Virus record (IMG/VR): IMGVR_UViG_2639762987_000003
Direction: 5' to 3' (one strand)
Length of the DNA stretch: 48,166 bases
Source: a virus
Taxonomy: Duplodnaviria; Heunggongvirae; Uroviricota; Caudoviricetes
Shown: positions 37,013-47,240 of the stretch, in pieces
Position numbering within the stretch: the first letter of the stretch is position 1
Layout of the letters: each line of letters begins with the position of its first letter
The notes under the pieces: model-generated
Told to the model about the DNA's origin: nothing
Seen by the model: the letters and a program-made list of their open reading frames with translations, nothing else
Databases searched by the model: none
Translations under genes and position numbers: made by a program

Positions 37013-38101
37013 TTAATTTTTATCGCGGTTTTTAAATACTGACCCAATAACATTTTTTACTGCTTCAGCCTGTTTGTTGCCGTTGTTTTCTGGTTGATTA
37101 ACATCAACTGAATCATTCACCTCACTTGCGTCTTCTTGCCGTTGATTAAGAAAGTTTTTGTTACGCGCTCGCTCTGCATTCATAATTTCCAAAGCAAGTT
37201 CAGCCGCAGAAACTCCTGTTTTGAATTTTGCATTCTTAACCAGGTCGTCATGACCAGGAATCACGCTATTCTCGATTGTTTCAATGCGCTCGCGTTCTGA
37301 TTTAACGCCCTCGTCTTTACCAGCATTAAAAACCTGATTGTATAATTCTGGATATTTATTTTTTAATTCATCAAGAGTCACAATATCGTCCTCATTTTGT
37401 TCATTTGATTCAGTAGATAACTCATTTTTATTTTGCGGCAACTTTGCGAGTGAATCAGGTAATTTTGAAAACCTTGATGCTTCAAAAGTTATTCCATTAA
37501 GCGAAAGCATCCCTTCCTTTATAGAAGCGGATAAGCGTATTGGTTTTTCAACTTCGTCAGCAAATCCAAGCTCTACAGCCTCTTCTGCATTTAGCCATGT
37601 TTCCTGATCCATTAGTTCAATTAATTTATCCTCAGAAAGCCCTGTTTTCTCCTTATATGCAGATAAAATACTATTGCGTATCTTATCCATCATCTCAGCA
37701 ATATCACGCAATTCATCCGCATCGCCAGCAGCAAATGTCCACGGATTATGGATCATCATCATAGCATTAGATGGGATAATAATTTTATCACCCGCCATTG
37801 CAATAATAGTTGCAGCCGATGCAGCAATCCCGTCGATATAAACCGTAATATTCGCCTTATGACGCTTTAATGATGAAAGAATAGCTTGAGCAGTAAAAAC
37901 AGAACCACCATAACTATTAATTTTTACGTTGATAGTATTTGATGAAATATCCTTTAATTTATTAACTATGTCAGAAGAAGAAACCTCATCAAATTCACCA
38001 ATATACCCGTAAATTAAAAGTTCAGCCGGAGAGTCATCTTCACCCGTGCTATTTTTTATTTCCCACCAATTAGGCATCATCAGTCTCCATATTTTGTTCA
38101 T
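37013..38101 (-). CDS. Prohead protease (ClpP-like) with C-terminal scaffold-like region, lambda gpC-like
   Basis: ClpP-like core (INSYGGSVFTAQAI...GIAASAATIIAMAGD) followed by long charged C-terminal part. Confidence 0.75.
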   Translation of the reverse strand: MNKIWRLMMPNWWEIKNSTGEDDSPAELLIYGYIGEFDEVSSSDIVNKLKDISSNTINVKINSYGGSVFTAQAILSSLKRHKANITVYIDGIAASAATIIAMAGDKIIIPSNAMMMIHNPWTFAAGDADELRDIAEMMDKIRNSILSAYKEKTGLSEDKLIELMDQETWLNAEEAVELGFADEVEKPIRLSASIKEGMLSLNGITFEASRFSKLPDSLAKLPQNKNELSTESNEQNEDDIVTLDELKNKYPELYNQVFNAGKDEGVKSERERIETIENSVIPGHDDLVKNAKFKTGVSAAELALEIMNAERARNKNFLNQRQEDASEVNDSVDVNQPENNGNKQAEAVKNVIGSVFKNRDKN

Positions 38102-39644
38102 TTACCTCAGAAACAGGAGGTGTAATAAGCCCCAACTCACGGCGAGCATTCTCTTCTCTGCCACAGATTTGTGCGGTTTCTTCCCAGTTAAGACCTGACA
38201 TTTCAGCCGCTTCTTTTTCACGGGTAGAGAATGTTTCCTCAACACGCAGTTTTGCAGCTTTGACTTCTTTAAGGGGATCTAATTGGCCTTGTGATGGGCC
38301 ATACCATTGAGCGCCACTCCATGCAGCGCGATATTCAGGCCCATAAAAAAAACCAGGGGCAATAACACGACCTTTAGCAACGGCTTCGGCCAACCATTCC
38401 TCATAGATCGGTTGGCAAAATGACTGAACCATCCAGTCACGTCGCATACGGAACATTTTCCAGGCTTCAAGTAATGCGGCCCTGCTTGCGCTATAACTTG
38501 CTGTAAAATGCTTTACCAAGAGTTCGTAAGGGAGTTCTAAAGCAGCCCCAATTTGACGGCATATGGCGACAACAAAACCATCAAATGCCGTATTTGGTCG
38601 CCCGGGATTTGCTGTATCTATCGACTCACCTTCACCCAAACTTACTATGGAGCCATTCCCCATTTCTTGGGTGTTATCATCATGGTTATCGATCTGCTCG
38701 TACTGAGGGATACCCGATTCACCGACTGGCCCATCAGGAGCGTCTGTTTTAATAAAGACAGTAAACATCCCTGACACAACCGCAGCAACCAATTCAGCAT
38801 CGGTGTATCGTCCTAACTGCTTCAATGCTTCAATTACAGGAGCAAGGACAGGAACGCCACGGCGTTGCCCAGGCCTTTCAAAATCCTGCATGACATGCAG
38901 AATATTTCTTCTTCCTGTTTTACTCCCATATGCGGGAATACGTTCCCACTTGCGGGTTACAAAACCAGAAGTCCCGGCTGGGTGATGTTTTGCAACCCAG
39001 TACGCCACAGGCTCGCTAAATTCACCAACCTCTACGCCACCGTAAAGATTTGGTATAAAACGATCCTCTGGATTGCAAACACGATCACCTTCAATTAAAT
39101 AGACGCACAAATCATATATAACACCCTTACGCTTAATAACTGGTAGCGCAGCAAATATATCGCCAGATGTTAACGCAGATATTTGGACCAATGATTGCAA
39201 TTGTCCAAAAGTACACATTCTTGATGCATCACAATTTGGAGAATCAGCCCATAATCTAAACTCACGCTCAACATGCTTTTCCCATGCTCGCGCTTCTTCC
39301 TGCGTCATCCCCAAGAAATCGGCATCAATGTTCGCATTTAGTTTTAAACCGGAACCAACAACGTTTGTCCTGATAGTTTTTATTGCGCCAACCGATAGCG
39401 GGTTTCCCATGAAGAGATCACGAGAACGCTCACGCAATTTATCTATATTTTTAACAATATCATCATCAGGAGAACCAGCTTTACTAAACCAACCCCTTAA
39501 TGATTTTTTATGAGTGCTTGCACCATGACGTGAATATCCAAGGTTATTAATACCTTCAAGTGCTTCTAACCGTTTTCTTGCCAAAGCTCGATTTAATGAC
39601 CTCTGAGGTGAAAACGGCGCAATAACTCGATCAAGAATATTCAT
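38070..39644 (-). CDS. Portal protein, lambda gpB-like
   Basis: 524-aa protein between gpW-like and protease genes. Confidence 0.8.
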   Translation of the reverse strand: MNILDRVIAPFSPQRSLNRALARKRLEALEGINNLGYSRHGASTHKKSLRGWFSKAGSPDDDIVKNIDKLRERSRDLFMGNPLSVGAIKTIRTNVVGSGLKLNANIDADFLGMTQEEARAWEKHVEREFRLWADSPNCDASRMCTFGQLQSLVQISALTSGDIFAALPVIKRKGVIYDLCVYLIEGDRVCNPEDRFIPNLYGGVEVGEFSEPVAYWVAKHHPAGTSGFVTRKWERIPAYGSKTGRRNILHVMQDFERPGQRRGVPVLAPVIEALKQLGRYTDAELVAAVVSGMFTVFIKTDAPDGPVGESGIPQYEQIDNHDDNTQEMGNGSIVSLGEGESIDTANPGRPNTAFDGFVVAICRQIGAALELPYELLVKHFTASYSASRAALLEAWKMFRMRRDWMVQSFCQPIYEEWLAEAVAKGRVIAPGFFYGPEYRAAWSGAQWYGPSQGQLDPLKEVKAAKLRVEETFSTREKEAAEMSGLNWEETAQICGREENARRELGLITPPVSEVNEQNMETDDA

Positions 39645-39880
39645 AAATCTCTTATCACCACTCGTTTAATTCGTGGGCCTCGGCGTATACCTGCTGATAA
39701 TCTTTCTACTTCATTACGCCAGTAATCCATCTCTTTTCTGACTTCTGATAAATCCGCACGAGTTAACTGCCGCGTACCAAATTTATATGACTGACCGCCA
39801 ATAGCAATAGCGCGATATGCTTCCCGCCAGACAGATAACATCTCTCTGGCTTCAGTCAGAGAAAATGCTTCATTGTTCAT
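39641..39880 (-). CDS. Head-tail joining protein, gpW-like
   Basis: 79-aa ORF between terminase large subunit and portal, as in lambda. Confidence 0.5.
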   Translation of the reverse strand: MNNEAFSLTEAREMLSVWREAYRAIAIGGQSYKFGTRQLTRADLSEVRKEMDYWRNEVERLSAGIRRGPRIKRVVIRDL

Positions 39881-39891
39881 TTATATTTCCT

Positions 39892-41748
39892 CTATATGGT
39901 TACGCCTTTACTTATAACTCTACGGCGTCTTCTACGTATACCTGACGAGTTCTGCACATACACATTACCTCGCATTTCCTGTTCGGCAAGCCAGTTAAAA
40001 TTAGGGTTCAGAATTTCCATCGCGGCAGTTGCATAGTTACGGCAATCAAGAGGCTCGTTACGCTCGTAGACTTTTACCCACTTTTCTTTTGTCTGCCCAT
40101 TTTTATATTCAAATATTTTCTTCTCTGATAATAATCCTTTAAAGTATTCGGTATCATATCCTCTGTCAGAATCTAATGGGAAATGCATATAACCAGGACC
40201 AGGATCATGTAGTTTAATTCTTGCCATGATGGTCCCTTTACCATCATCAACCCCCAAATTAAACAACATAGCACCCACACGGTTATTATTACTTGGCTTT
40301 CCTATAAACGGTAAACCTACCCCACCACGCCCCCTGATAGAGTATATTCGCCTTGATTCTCTCGGCTTAGTAAAGCGATATACCTCTGTCGTAAAATGCC
40401 CACCAGAGTCAATACAAACGGAAGAAATCTGTAATTTTCGACCGTCACGGAATGACCAGCTACGGAGTAAGTATTCATCAAGTTGTTTCCAGACAACATC
40501 TTGTGCGGGATCACCTGGGAATATTTTATATTCTATCCCCCATGACTCCTTACCTTTTCCCCAACCGACCAATTCACAAACTAAATACGTGTCCTGTACG
40601 TCAACACCAGCACTTAACAATAAAACATCATCTGGTAAAAACTCTTCAAACCTTATTCTGCGTTGCAACAAGTATTCAGGATCGATATCGTCTTTAGCAT
40701 CCTCTTTCCATGGCTCACCCAGCTTAAGGTTAATAAACTCCATTAATCCATTTTTATCGCGGTTTCTGGTTGCTTCCGTAAATTCTTCAACCAGCTCTGA
40801 CAATGCAACCCACGGGGAGTAAAGACTGTTAATATGAAAACCAACAATACCTTTAACTCCAGTATGTTCAGCTATCCATACCCCCTTCGCCAACCAATCA
40901 ACGTCTGGTTTACCAGATCCGCGCATAATCCCGCCGCACTCACAGCACTCATATCTGGCCGTTTCCGGTAACGCCTCACCTGAATCGCTCTTATCCCATC
41001 TGACTTGCGACCATTTCATCACCTGCATGGTGCCACAACATGGGCAAGGAACATGGTAGTAACGCTGATCGGAGAGCTTAAACCACTTGTGGATTTTGCT
41101 CGTTTCCTCCAAAACAGGAGTAGAAACAAAAACTTTCTTACGATTATGAAAGTTGGTAGTACGCTGAATACCTAGTTTTAGTGGGTCGCCCTCCTGCGTC
41201 ACACCGTAACGATCAATCTCATCAGCTAACAGTATTCGAATTGGCCTGGATGCAAGACCTGCTGGGGAATTAGCACCAACAAGTGCTATATATCCACCAG
41301 CGTAATGCTTCATACGTATAGTCGTGCTGGACTTTTTGGCTGCACCGCGCCCCTCTTTCCCTTCATGCAGCTTGTGTTTCAAACCAGGGGAATATTTGAA
41401 CGTCGGATCAATACGCTCCTTTGAAAAAGCCTCAGCCGCCTCTACCGTTGGATAAATCATCAACTGAGGAGATGGCTCCTGATCTGCAAAGTAACCCATA
41501 ACATTTAGCTGTAATTCGGATTTACCAATTTGCGAGCTACATTGCATCACTACTGTTTCTGTATCAGCGTCACCAATAACATCCATTGGTTCACGCAAAT
41601 ATGGCACTCGGCTTGTACGCCACGGCCCTGGCTCTGGAGACGTTCCCGGCGCTACATGACGATACTTATCAGCCCATTCGGAAACAGTTAGCCGTGATTT
41701 AGGGCGAAGCGCACGGAAAAAAGCGGTGCTCCATACTGTTTCGCCCAT
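39892..41748 (-). CDS. Terminase large subunit, lambda gpA-like
   Basis: 618-aa protein; N-terminal region resembles the gpA terminase family (TVSEWADKYR...). Confidence 0.85.
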   Translation of the reverse strand: MGETVWSTAFFRALRPKSRLTVSEWADKYRHVAPGTSPEPGPWRTSRVPYLREPMDVIGDADTETVVMQCSSQIGKSELQLNVMGYFADQEPSPQLMIYPTVEAAEAFSKERIDPTFKYSPGLKHKLHEGKEGRGAAKKSSTTIRMKHYAGGYIALVGANSPAGLASRPIRILLADEIDRYGVTQEGDPLKLGIQRTTNFHNRKKVFVSTPVLEETSKIHKWFKLSDQRYYHVPCPCCGTMQVMKWSQVRWDKSDSGEALPETARYECCECGGIMRGSGKPDVDWLAKGVWIAEHTGVKGIVGFHINSLYSPWVALSELVEEFTEATRNRDKNGLMEFINLKLGEPWKEDAKDDIDPEYLLQRRIRFEEFLPDDVLLLSAGVDVQDTYLVCELVGWGKGKESWGIEYKIFPGDPAQDVVWKQLDEYLLRSWSFRDGRKLQISSVCIDSGGHFTTEVYRFTKPRESRRIYSIRGRGGVGLPFIGKPSNNNRVGAMLFNLGVDDGKGTIMARIKLHDPGPGYMHFPLDSDRGYDTEYFKGLLSEKKIFEYKNGQTKEKWVKVYERNEPLDCRNYATAAMEILNPNFNWLAEQEMRGNVYVQNSSGIRRRRRRVISKGVTI

Positions 41749-41753
41749 GAGGT

Positions 41754-42305
41754 TTATTCTTCCTGCTTAATAAATCGGGATTCCTGGAGCGCCTGAAGCG
41801 CAAAATTAATCTCGTCTTCAATAATGCGTTCGATCTCCCTGGCTGTTTTGCCTTCACAACGGGGAGCTGCTCTTGGAGCAATACTAAATAAGCGGCTACG
41901 CAATTCATTAGCTGCCAGAAATGCATCATCCCTGACCGCATCTTTAGCGATGAGAGAGCCTTCCTTTTCTTCAAATTCAAGGCGTTTCAGCTTTGCCTGA
42001 TAAATTTTTTCTGCGGTCTTAGCCTTGTTGAATTGCACCGCAACACCGGAAGTACCACCAGCTAATCCGGCATCATCAGCGGGTAACTCTGGTTGTTCCG
42101 AAGATATCCCATGCCCTCTTTTTCCATTTTCAGCAGATACCCCACGACCAACCTGTCGGCTCGCTTCATAAGCCGCACTGGCTTTATCAAAATCCAGCTT
42201 GCCGCTTTTCAGCACTGGAATGCGACCGGAACGACAGAGCTTCGTAACCATTGCCGGAGAAATACCTTTCCGGCGGGCAAACTCTGACTTACTGACGATG
42301 GCCAT
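41754..42305 (-). CDS. Terminase small subunit, Nu1-like (N-terminal HTH)
   Basis: N-terminal HTH-like segment (SKSEFARRKGISPAMVTKLCRSGRIP); start overlaps the upstream stop (TAATG). Confidence 0.6.
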   Translation of the reverse strand: MAIVSKSEFARRKGISPAMVTKLCRSGRIPVLKSGKLDFDKASAAYEASRQVGRGVSAENGKRGHGISSEQPELPADDAGLAGGTSGVAVQFNKAKTAEKIYQAKLKRLEFEEKEGSLIAKDAVRDDAFLAANELRSRLFSIAPRAAPRCEGKTAREIERIIEDEINFALQALQESRFIKQEE

Positions 42306-42895
42306 TACTTGCAACCATTAGCAAGATACTGAACAAATCCCTCATGCGTTTCATGCGCGTCGTGGTACTGACGATAAACATCCAGCAACAATGCAATTTC
42401 CATATCCGTCGCGGGAATACGTTCTTTATCAATAGCCAGGTACTTAATTTGAACAACAGGGGAAGAATTATCGTCTTCTTCCTGCGGCTGTTCATCGCTT
42501 AACATTTCGTCAAGCTCTGCATCATTAAACCCAAGCAGATCAATATCAAAATCATCATCCATTAACTCTTTGACTTCTTCGGCCAGAAGCTGCATATCCC
42601 AGCCAGCATTTAAGGCCAGCTTGTTATCTGCAATCCTGTACGCCTTCTTCTGTTTTTCAGAAAGGTTACTCAACCGAATCGCCGGAACTTTATCCATTTC
42701 CAGAATTTCGGCTGCTGCAAGCCGCCCATGCCCCGCAATCAGTTCATTCTTTTCATCGATCAGCACAGGATTAGTGAAACCGAACTCACGGATACTGTTC
42801 ACCAACTGTTCAACTTGCTCATCTGAATGAGTCCGTGAATTTTTGGCATATCTGAGCAGCTTACCGACTGGTAAATATTCGATTTTTAGAGCCAT
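42305..42895 (-). CDS. ParB N-terminal (nuclease-like) domain protein
   Basis: 196-aa protein; paralogous by eye to 45562..46185 (shared GHGR and KKAYR(I/L)ADN...LNAGWD segments). Confidence 0.65.
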   Translation of the reverse strand: MALKIEYLPVGKLLRYAKNSRTHSDEQVEQLVNSIREFGFTNPVLIDEKNELIAGHGRLAAAEILEMDKVPAIRLSNLSEKQKKAYRIADNKLALNAGWDMQLLAEEVKELMDDDFDIDLLGFNDAELDEMLSDEQPQEEDDNSSPVVQIKYLAIDKERIPATDMEIALLLDVYRQYHDAHETHEGFVQYLANGCK

Positions 42896-43452
42896 TTTTT
42901 AACCGCCATAACACAACAGGTTAAAGAAAAATGTTTAACTTATTGATACTAAAAGAGAAAAATGACGATCTTTTTACTCATAAAAAATCACACAAACCAG
43001 CATAATTATCTGGTTTTATTAAGTTTTTATAAGTAAAAAGGATCTTCCGATGGTGTTTTGGTTAAAAGATTGGATGTATTTGCATGATTTATAAAGATTT
43101 TTATCAAAACAGCCTTGCATTGGTTAAAGATCTGCGCGTATCTTGATGATCTAAAAGAAAATTCTCTACTTTCTTTTCACCATCACAAGCACAGCAAAAA
43201 ATCACGTTTTCCCAATATTTTTCAATGAGATGGGTAAATTTCTTTTACCGCAACTTTTAACCTAACTTTTTTCACGTTTAGCTAGCCGAACATCGGGGTT
43301 CGAATGACCCGCATCCAACGCTTTTGGCCAGAAGGACCCAATTCTGCCGGACGATGAAACGATGCTCGTGCCCACCCACAGACAGCCAGCGAGCGACGCT
43401 ACAGAACACAGTGAATACACTCTGCATAACAACACCATCAACCACACGATGA
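42896..43452. other. Long intergenic region upstream of the packaging genes; candidate packaging or regulatory site
   Basis: About 555 bp without convincing ORF; AT-rich half contains four GATC sites (about 42969, 43041, 43128, 43152). Confidence 0.3.
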
Positions 43453-44172
43453 TTAACGAGAGAAAGTCTTAGAAAGAATGTCATCAATAGCCTTTGTGAC
43501 TTCATCAGCAAACGCATCCTCACCAGCACGCAGCGCCACGCCATGCCAATCAAGACGCTGCGAATAGTTAGGTTGCTGGATAAACGTAAGGATCAACGTA
43601 GGACGCCGCCCAACGCGCTGCCAGACGCCTGGTTGAAGCGGGTTACTTGTACCAGGTCGAACAACAAAAAACTCCGTAGGCTTGCCCTGACGGCGATTTT
43701 GATGCGCATCTCGCTGAACTCTTAGGCCAGATAAGACCTGCTGTAATTGCCCCCGCGAAATATTCCCGTATTTGTCCAGCTTTGCACCGGGACCAGGAGC
43801 AAGCTGCCAGCCGTTAGGCAAATATCCACCAGCCCTTAGCGCCCCTTCTGAGCGTTTGTACTGTCGTTGTCCACCTTCGATTTGCGGAGTCAACGTTACA
43901 GGGGCTGGCGTTCCTCCCCATTCACGAGCATACACAATGGCTGTAGGATCACTCTTCTTTGCGGCCAAAACGTAAGTAGAGTTCTGAATCCACGGCGTGG
44001 GCCTGTCAAATACCCGATTAATTTCATTCTTAATCGCAGCCTGAGAAGCCTTTGCCGTTCTGGTTGCCGCAAGCGCCATTGCGAACGGCAATTCGCGTTC
44101 TTCAAGGCGCTGGAGTTGTCGTTGAATATCCTGAGAAGAAAAATCCATCTTTATCTCAATTCTGTCAGCCAC
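43453..44172 (-). CDS. Hypothetical protein
   Basis: 239-aa ORF between the methyltransferase fusion and the intergenic region. Confidence 0.45.
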   Translation of the reverse strand: MADRIEIKMDFSSQDIQRQLQRLEERELPFAMALAATRTAKASQAAIKNEINRVFDRPTPWIQNSTYVLAAKKSDPTAIVYAREWGGTPAPVTLTPQIEGGQRQYKRSEGALRAGGYLPNGWQLAPGPGAKLDKYGNISRGQLQQVLSGLRVQRDAHQNRRQGKPTEFFVVRPGTSNPLQPGVWQRVGRRPTLILTFIQQPNYSQRLDWHGVALRAGEDAFADEVTKAIDDILSKTFSR

Positions 44173-44188
44173 CAGCGCCTCCTACACA

Positions 44189-45568
44189 CTACTTAATCAA
44201 CGGCCGGAAAGCCGCCAGCACATCATCAGATCGTCCGATTGTTGAACCACCAGGCAACGGCAACTCAAACTCAAAACGAACAGCTTTCTCCAGACTCGCC
44301 CAACTAAGGGAATCATCGTTAATGACGTGCAAATACCAGCTCTTACAGTTGAATATTGACCGCTTAATCCTGAAACCATGTACACGACACAACTGCTTCA
44401 CTTCATCATCAGAGTGAAACTTCTGGTAAAACCAGTGCCCCTTCCGGTACAACGCGGTAAAACCGTTATGATCAATAAAATAAAGCCGGCTTTTGGAACT
44501 CGCCGCTTGTGTTTGTTTCAGGACGGTTTCCAGCTCTCCACGGCTACGGCCAGAAAAGAATATTGACCCACCAGCTTTACACAAGCCTTTCAGAACCGTC
44601 AGAACGGACCATTCAGCCTCGACACTATCGACCGAGTTCAAAACGCTATCGCAAATCACGTAGTCGTAACGCCCTCGCGTTTTTAAGTCGTCCACCAGCG
44701 TATCAATCATCCGGTTTGTTGCGGTCCTATCCAGAGTGTTTCCAGCGCCCTTACGGCGGAAAAGCTCGAGATCATGCAGGTTATATCCCTTTGCCCTGAG
44801 CATTCGCGCGTAGTCTCCCTGCCCCGAACCAAAATCAATTCCTCTTGGCGTCTTGGCAATGATCGGGAGGATCAACGACTCATACAGGTTTGATTTCAGG
44901 CTGCCACCATTACGCAACCGCATAAGCTGCGCATACGTCTGGATGTATGTTGTTTTCTCCAGATGAGAATACTCAAATACACCATAAGTTTTATTCAGAT
45001 AACTTTGGTATTTTTCCTTCTCAACATCAGGGATCACAAACACCGTTAGCGGTGTGCGCGTCATCTTCGCTGCTAATGCATACTGAGCACAGTGAATAAC
45101 CTCGCCAGACTGAGTAGCAACACAACCACCCCACGGACCATACTTGATAACCAGTTCCGCTATGTTCTTTCGAACATATGCCATTTTCGCGCGCATATTG
45201 CCTGAGATCTGGCTTGCCGATACCTGAACAAAACCATGCTTATCTTCCAGACCGGACACCCTGCAACGCTCATCTCCGCTATCAAAATCCGTTCCGTTAT
45301 GCAGTTGGTTAAACCGTACTTCGTCGTATACCGTCGTTTCACAGGGCAACACATACACCGCAGCACGCGTTATTCCCAACTTACGTAGCGCCTTCGTCCT
45401 TTGGTGTCCCGCCACCAGCAAATCGCCGCGCACTATCAATGGCTTCACAAGCCCCAGCTCCCTGACGCTTTCCGCCAGCCTCGCAAGATCATCCTCACCG
45501 ATAAAACGCGGGTTATATTCCGCGCCGCGTAGGTGCGTTATGTCGTAATTGAGGTGAAGCATCAGCAC
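44189..45568 (-). CDS. ParB-like N-terminal domain fused to class I SAM-dependent methyltransferase
   Basis: N-terminal ParB-like segment (LVAGHQR) and methyltransferase motif I (IDFGSGQGDYARML). Confidence 0.65.
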   Translation of the reverse strand: MLMLHLNYDITHLRGAEYNPRFIGEDDLARLAESVRELGLVKPLIVRGDLLVAGHQRTKALRKLGITRAAVYVLPCETTVYDEVRFNQLHNGTDFDSGDERCRVSGLEDKHGFVQVSASQISGNMRAKMAYVRKNIAELVIKYGPWGGCVATQSGEVIHCAQYALAAKMTRTPLTVFVIPDVEKEKYQSYLNKTYGVFEYSHLEKTTYIQTYAQLMRLRNGGSLKSNLYESLILPIIAKTPRGIDFGSGQGDYARMLRAKGYNLHDLELFRRKGAGNTLDRTATNRMIDTLVDDLKTRGRYDYVICDSVLNSVDSVEAEWSVLTVLKGLCKAGGSIFFSGRSRGELETVLKQTQAASSKSRLYFIDHNGFTALYRKGHWFYQKFHSDDEVKQLCRVHGFRIKRSIFNCKSWYLHVINDDSLSWASLEKAVRFEFELPLPGGSTIGRSDDVLAAFRPLIK

Positions 45569-46185
45569 ACCTCCCCAGCCAGCAATGCGGATACAAATCC
45601 GATATAGCTGCCATTATCATCAACATAACGAGACACCGCGCAGTCAAAACGATCCGCTTCCTCATCCGTTGCCGGGATTTTATGACCTCCAAATGACAGG
45701 TACTGAACTTTTACGCCTGATTTGGCCTCATCCTTCTCAAATGGGATATCCATACCCTCTGTGTCATCGTAGACCGCCGCACTCAATAAGTTATCCAGTT
45801 CGCGCTGAGTAAAACCAATTGAGTCCAGAGCAAAATCATCGGCCGCAAGATCTGCAAGCTCCGCGCTTAACAACTCTTCATCCCAACCAGCATTCAGCGG
45901 AATACGGTTGTCGGCCAGACGATATGCCTTCTTCTGATTCTCCGTTAGCCCTTCCAGAACAATGCAGGGAACCTCATCCATCCCCAACTGAGTGGCCGCA
46001 GCAATTCGACCATGACCAGCAATTACAACGTTGTTCTCGTCTATCAGGATCGGATTAGTCCATCCGTACTCCTGTATGCTGGCAACAATCTGATCTACCT
46101 GCTCCACGGAGTGTGTGCGAGCGTTCTTTTCATAACCAATCAACACAGAAAGTGGTAAAGAAACCACATTAAGATGTTTTGTCAT
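45562..46185 (-). CDS. ParB N-terminal (nuclease-like) domain protein, paralogue of 42305..42895
   Basis: 207-aa protein with the same conserved segments as 42305..42895. Confidence 0.65.
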   Translation of the reverse strand: MTKHLNVVSLPLSVLIGYEKNARTHSVEQVDQIVASIQEYGWTNPILIDENNVVIAGHGRIAAATQLGMDEVPCIVLEGLTENQKKAYRLADNRIPLNAGWDEELLSAELADLAADDFALDSIGFTQRELDNLLSAAVYDDTEGMDIPFEKDEAKSGVKVQYLSFGGHKIPATDEEADRFDCAVSRYVDDNGSYIGFVSALLAGEVC

Positions 46186-46419
46186 GCCGTTTATCCGCTA
46201 AAATCCCCTCGCTTGTGCAAGCAAGTGGGCCTCGGTTTGTATCCACGGCACCCTGTGGGTATGAATGACTGTCGTCAGGTCGCAACTGACGGCGGTCGCC
46301 CACCTTCCAGTAATAAAAAAGCCACCAGCATTAACTCCACAGCGAGCTGGAGTTAATGAGGCAGCTTTGGTTTGCGCATTATCGCAGCCCCTGATAAGCA
46401 CAAGAGCTGCTGTAATGCG

Positions 46420-46749
46420 TTACGCAGGGATCAAACGGATGCGGCCGTTATTTACCTCAATACGAGAGTATTCCGGCTTACCATCAACGATTCCGGTAAT
46501 GACAAGTTCGCCATCAGACGAGCATTCTTCTTTGTCGTCTTCAAGTACCGCGCCTTCTGGCAAATCAACACAGGCAAAAACAGGGCAGCCTGGATAACGA
46601 TCATCTTCCATCGCAATCAACATCGATTCACCGAACCACTCTGTGGTAGCACGACCATCAGCCGCCTGATAGTGAATCAAATACTGGTTTTCGCCATTTG
46701 CATACTGAGCACGGGCTTGTACTTCTCCCCACTCTTCACTGATACGCAT
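46420..46749 (-). CDS. Hypothetical protein
   Basis: 109-aa ORF between a terminator and the ParB-like gene. Confidence 0.45.
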   Translation of the reverse strand: MRISEEWGEVQARAQYANGENQYLIHYQAADGRATTEWFGESMLIAMEDDRYPGCPVFACVDLPEGAVLEDDKEECSSDGELVITGIVDGKPEYSRIEVNNGRIRLIPA

Positions 46750-46840
46750 TGTTACCAGTTGGGATCATTCAAACTTAAACGGAACAGACTCTGCACCAAT
46801 GGCAATCGGTTTATCTTCTTTCTTTTCCATAACATCACCT

Positions 46841-46870
46841 GAAAATAAAAGCCCCGCGACACCGCGAGGC
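46841..46870 (-). terminator. Rho-independent terminator after the cassette-C proximal genes
   Basis: On the minus strand, 8-bp GC stem (one G-U) with 4-nt loop followed by UUUUAUUUU. Confidence 0.6.
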
Positions 46871-46878
46871 TGTAAGAG

Positions 46879-47043
46879 TTACTTTCGATAGAAATCAAGG
46901 CGCATTTGCTCCCGCTTAAGCCGAAAAGCTCTCTGCGCCACTAAGATGCGCCACAGGACACCAGCAATAACCACCAGCGAGATACAAAAACACACGGCCA
47001 CAATCATCAGAAAAATGCCAAGACCATTCATGAAACTATCCAT
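46879..47043 (-). CDS. Candidate 52-aa small membrane protein (below the ORF-track cutoff)
   Basis: Hand-translated MDSFMNGLGIFLMIVAVCFCISLVVIAGVLWRILVAQRAFRLKREQMRLDFYRK; GGAGG 13 nt upstream; overlaps 47028..47240 by 16 nt. Confidence 0.3.
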   Translation of the reverse strand: MDSFMNGLGIFLMIVAVCFCISLVVIAGVLWRILVAQRAFRLKREQMRLDFYRK

Positions 47044-47240
47044 TTTTCAATGAATACCTCCAGTAATATCAAGAGATACGCCGTACCCAGCGCGGTTCCT
47101 ACCGATATAGCTAAGACAAACCTCAAAGATAACGAGGTGTCTTTCGCTTTTCTCCAGACGTAAGCGCCAGCCAGAAATACCAACAAATCTCTTATTGGAA
47201 GCGGAAACCAGAACAAATCACTCGGCATAAGCACGATCAT
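47028..47240 (-). CDS. Small membrane protein
   Basis: 70-aa hydrophobic ORF with start overlapping the upstream stop. Confidence 0.4.
   Translation of the reverse strand: MIVLMPSDLFWFPLPIRDLLVFLAGAYVWRKAKDTSLSLRFVLAISVGTALGTAYLLILLEVFIEKWIVS

Noticed and set aside
40226-40822. 198-aa plus-strand ORF
   Set aside because: Lies antisense inside the terminase large-subunit gene and is Ser/Pro-rich low complexity; the terminase reading frame explains the sequence.
43290-43320. tRNA-like T-loop motif GGGGTTCGAATGACCC, considered as a tRNA or attP remnant
   Set aside because: Position 61 is G instead of C, so the T-stem does not close, and no acceptor stem or CCA follows; no integrase is present.
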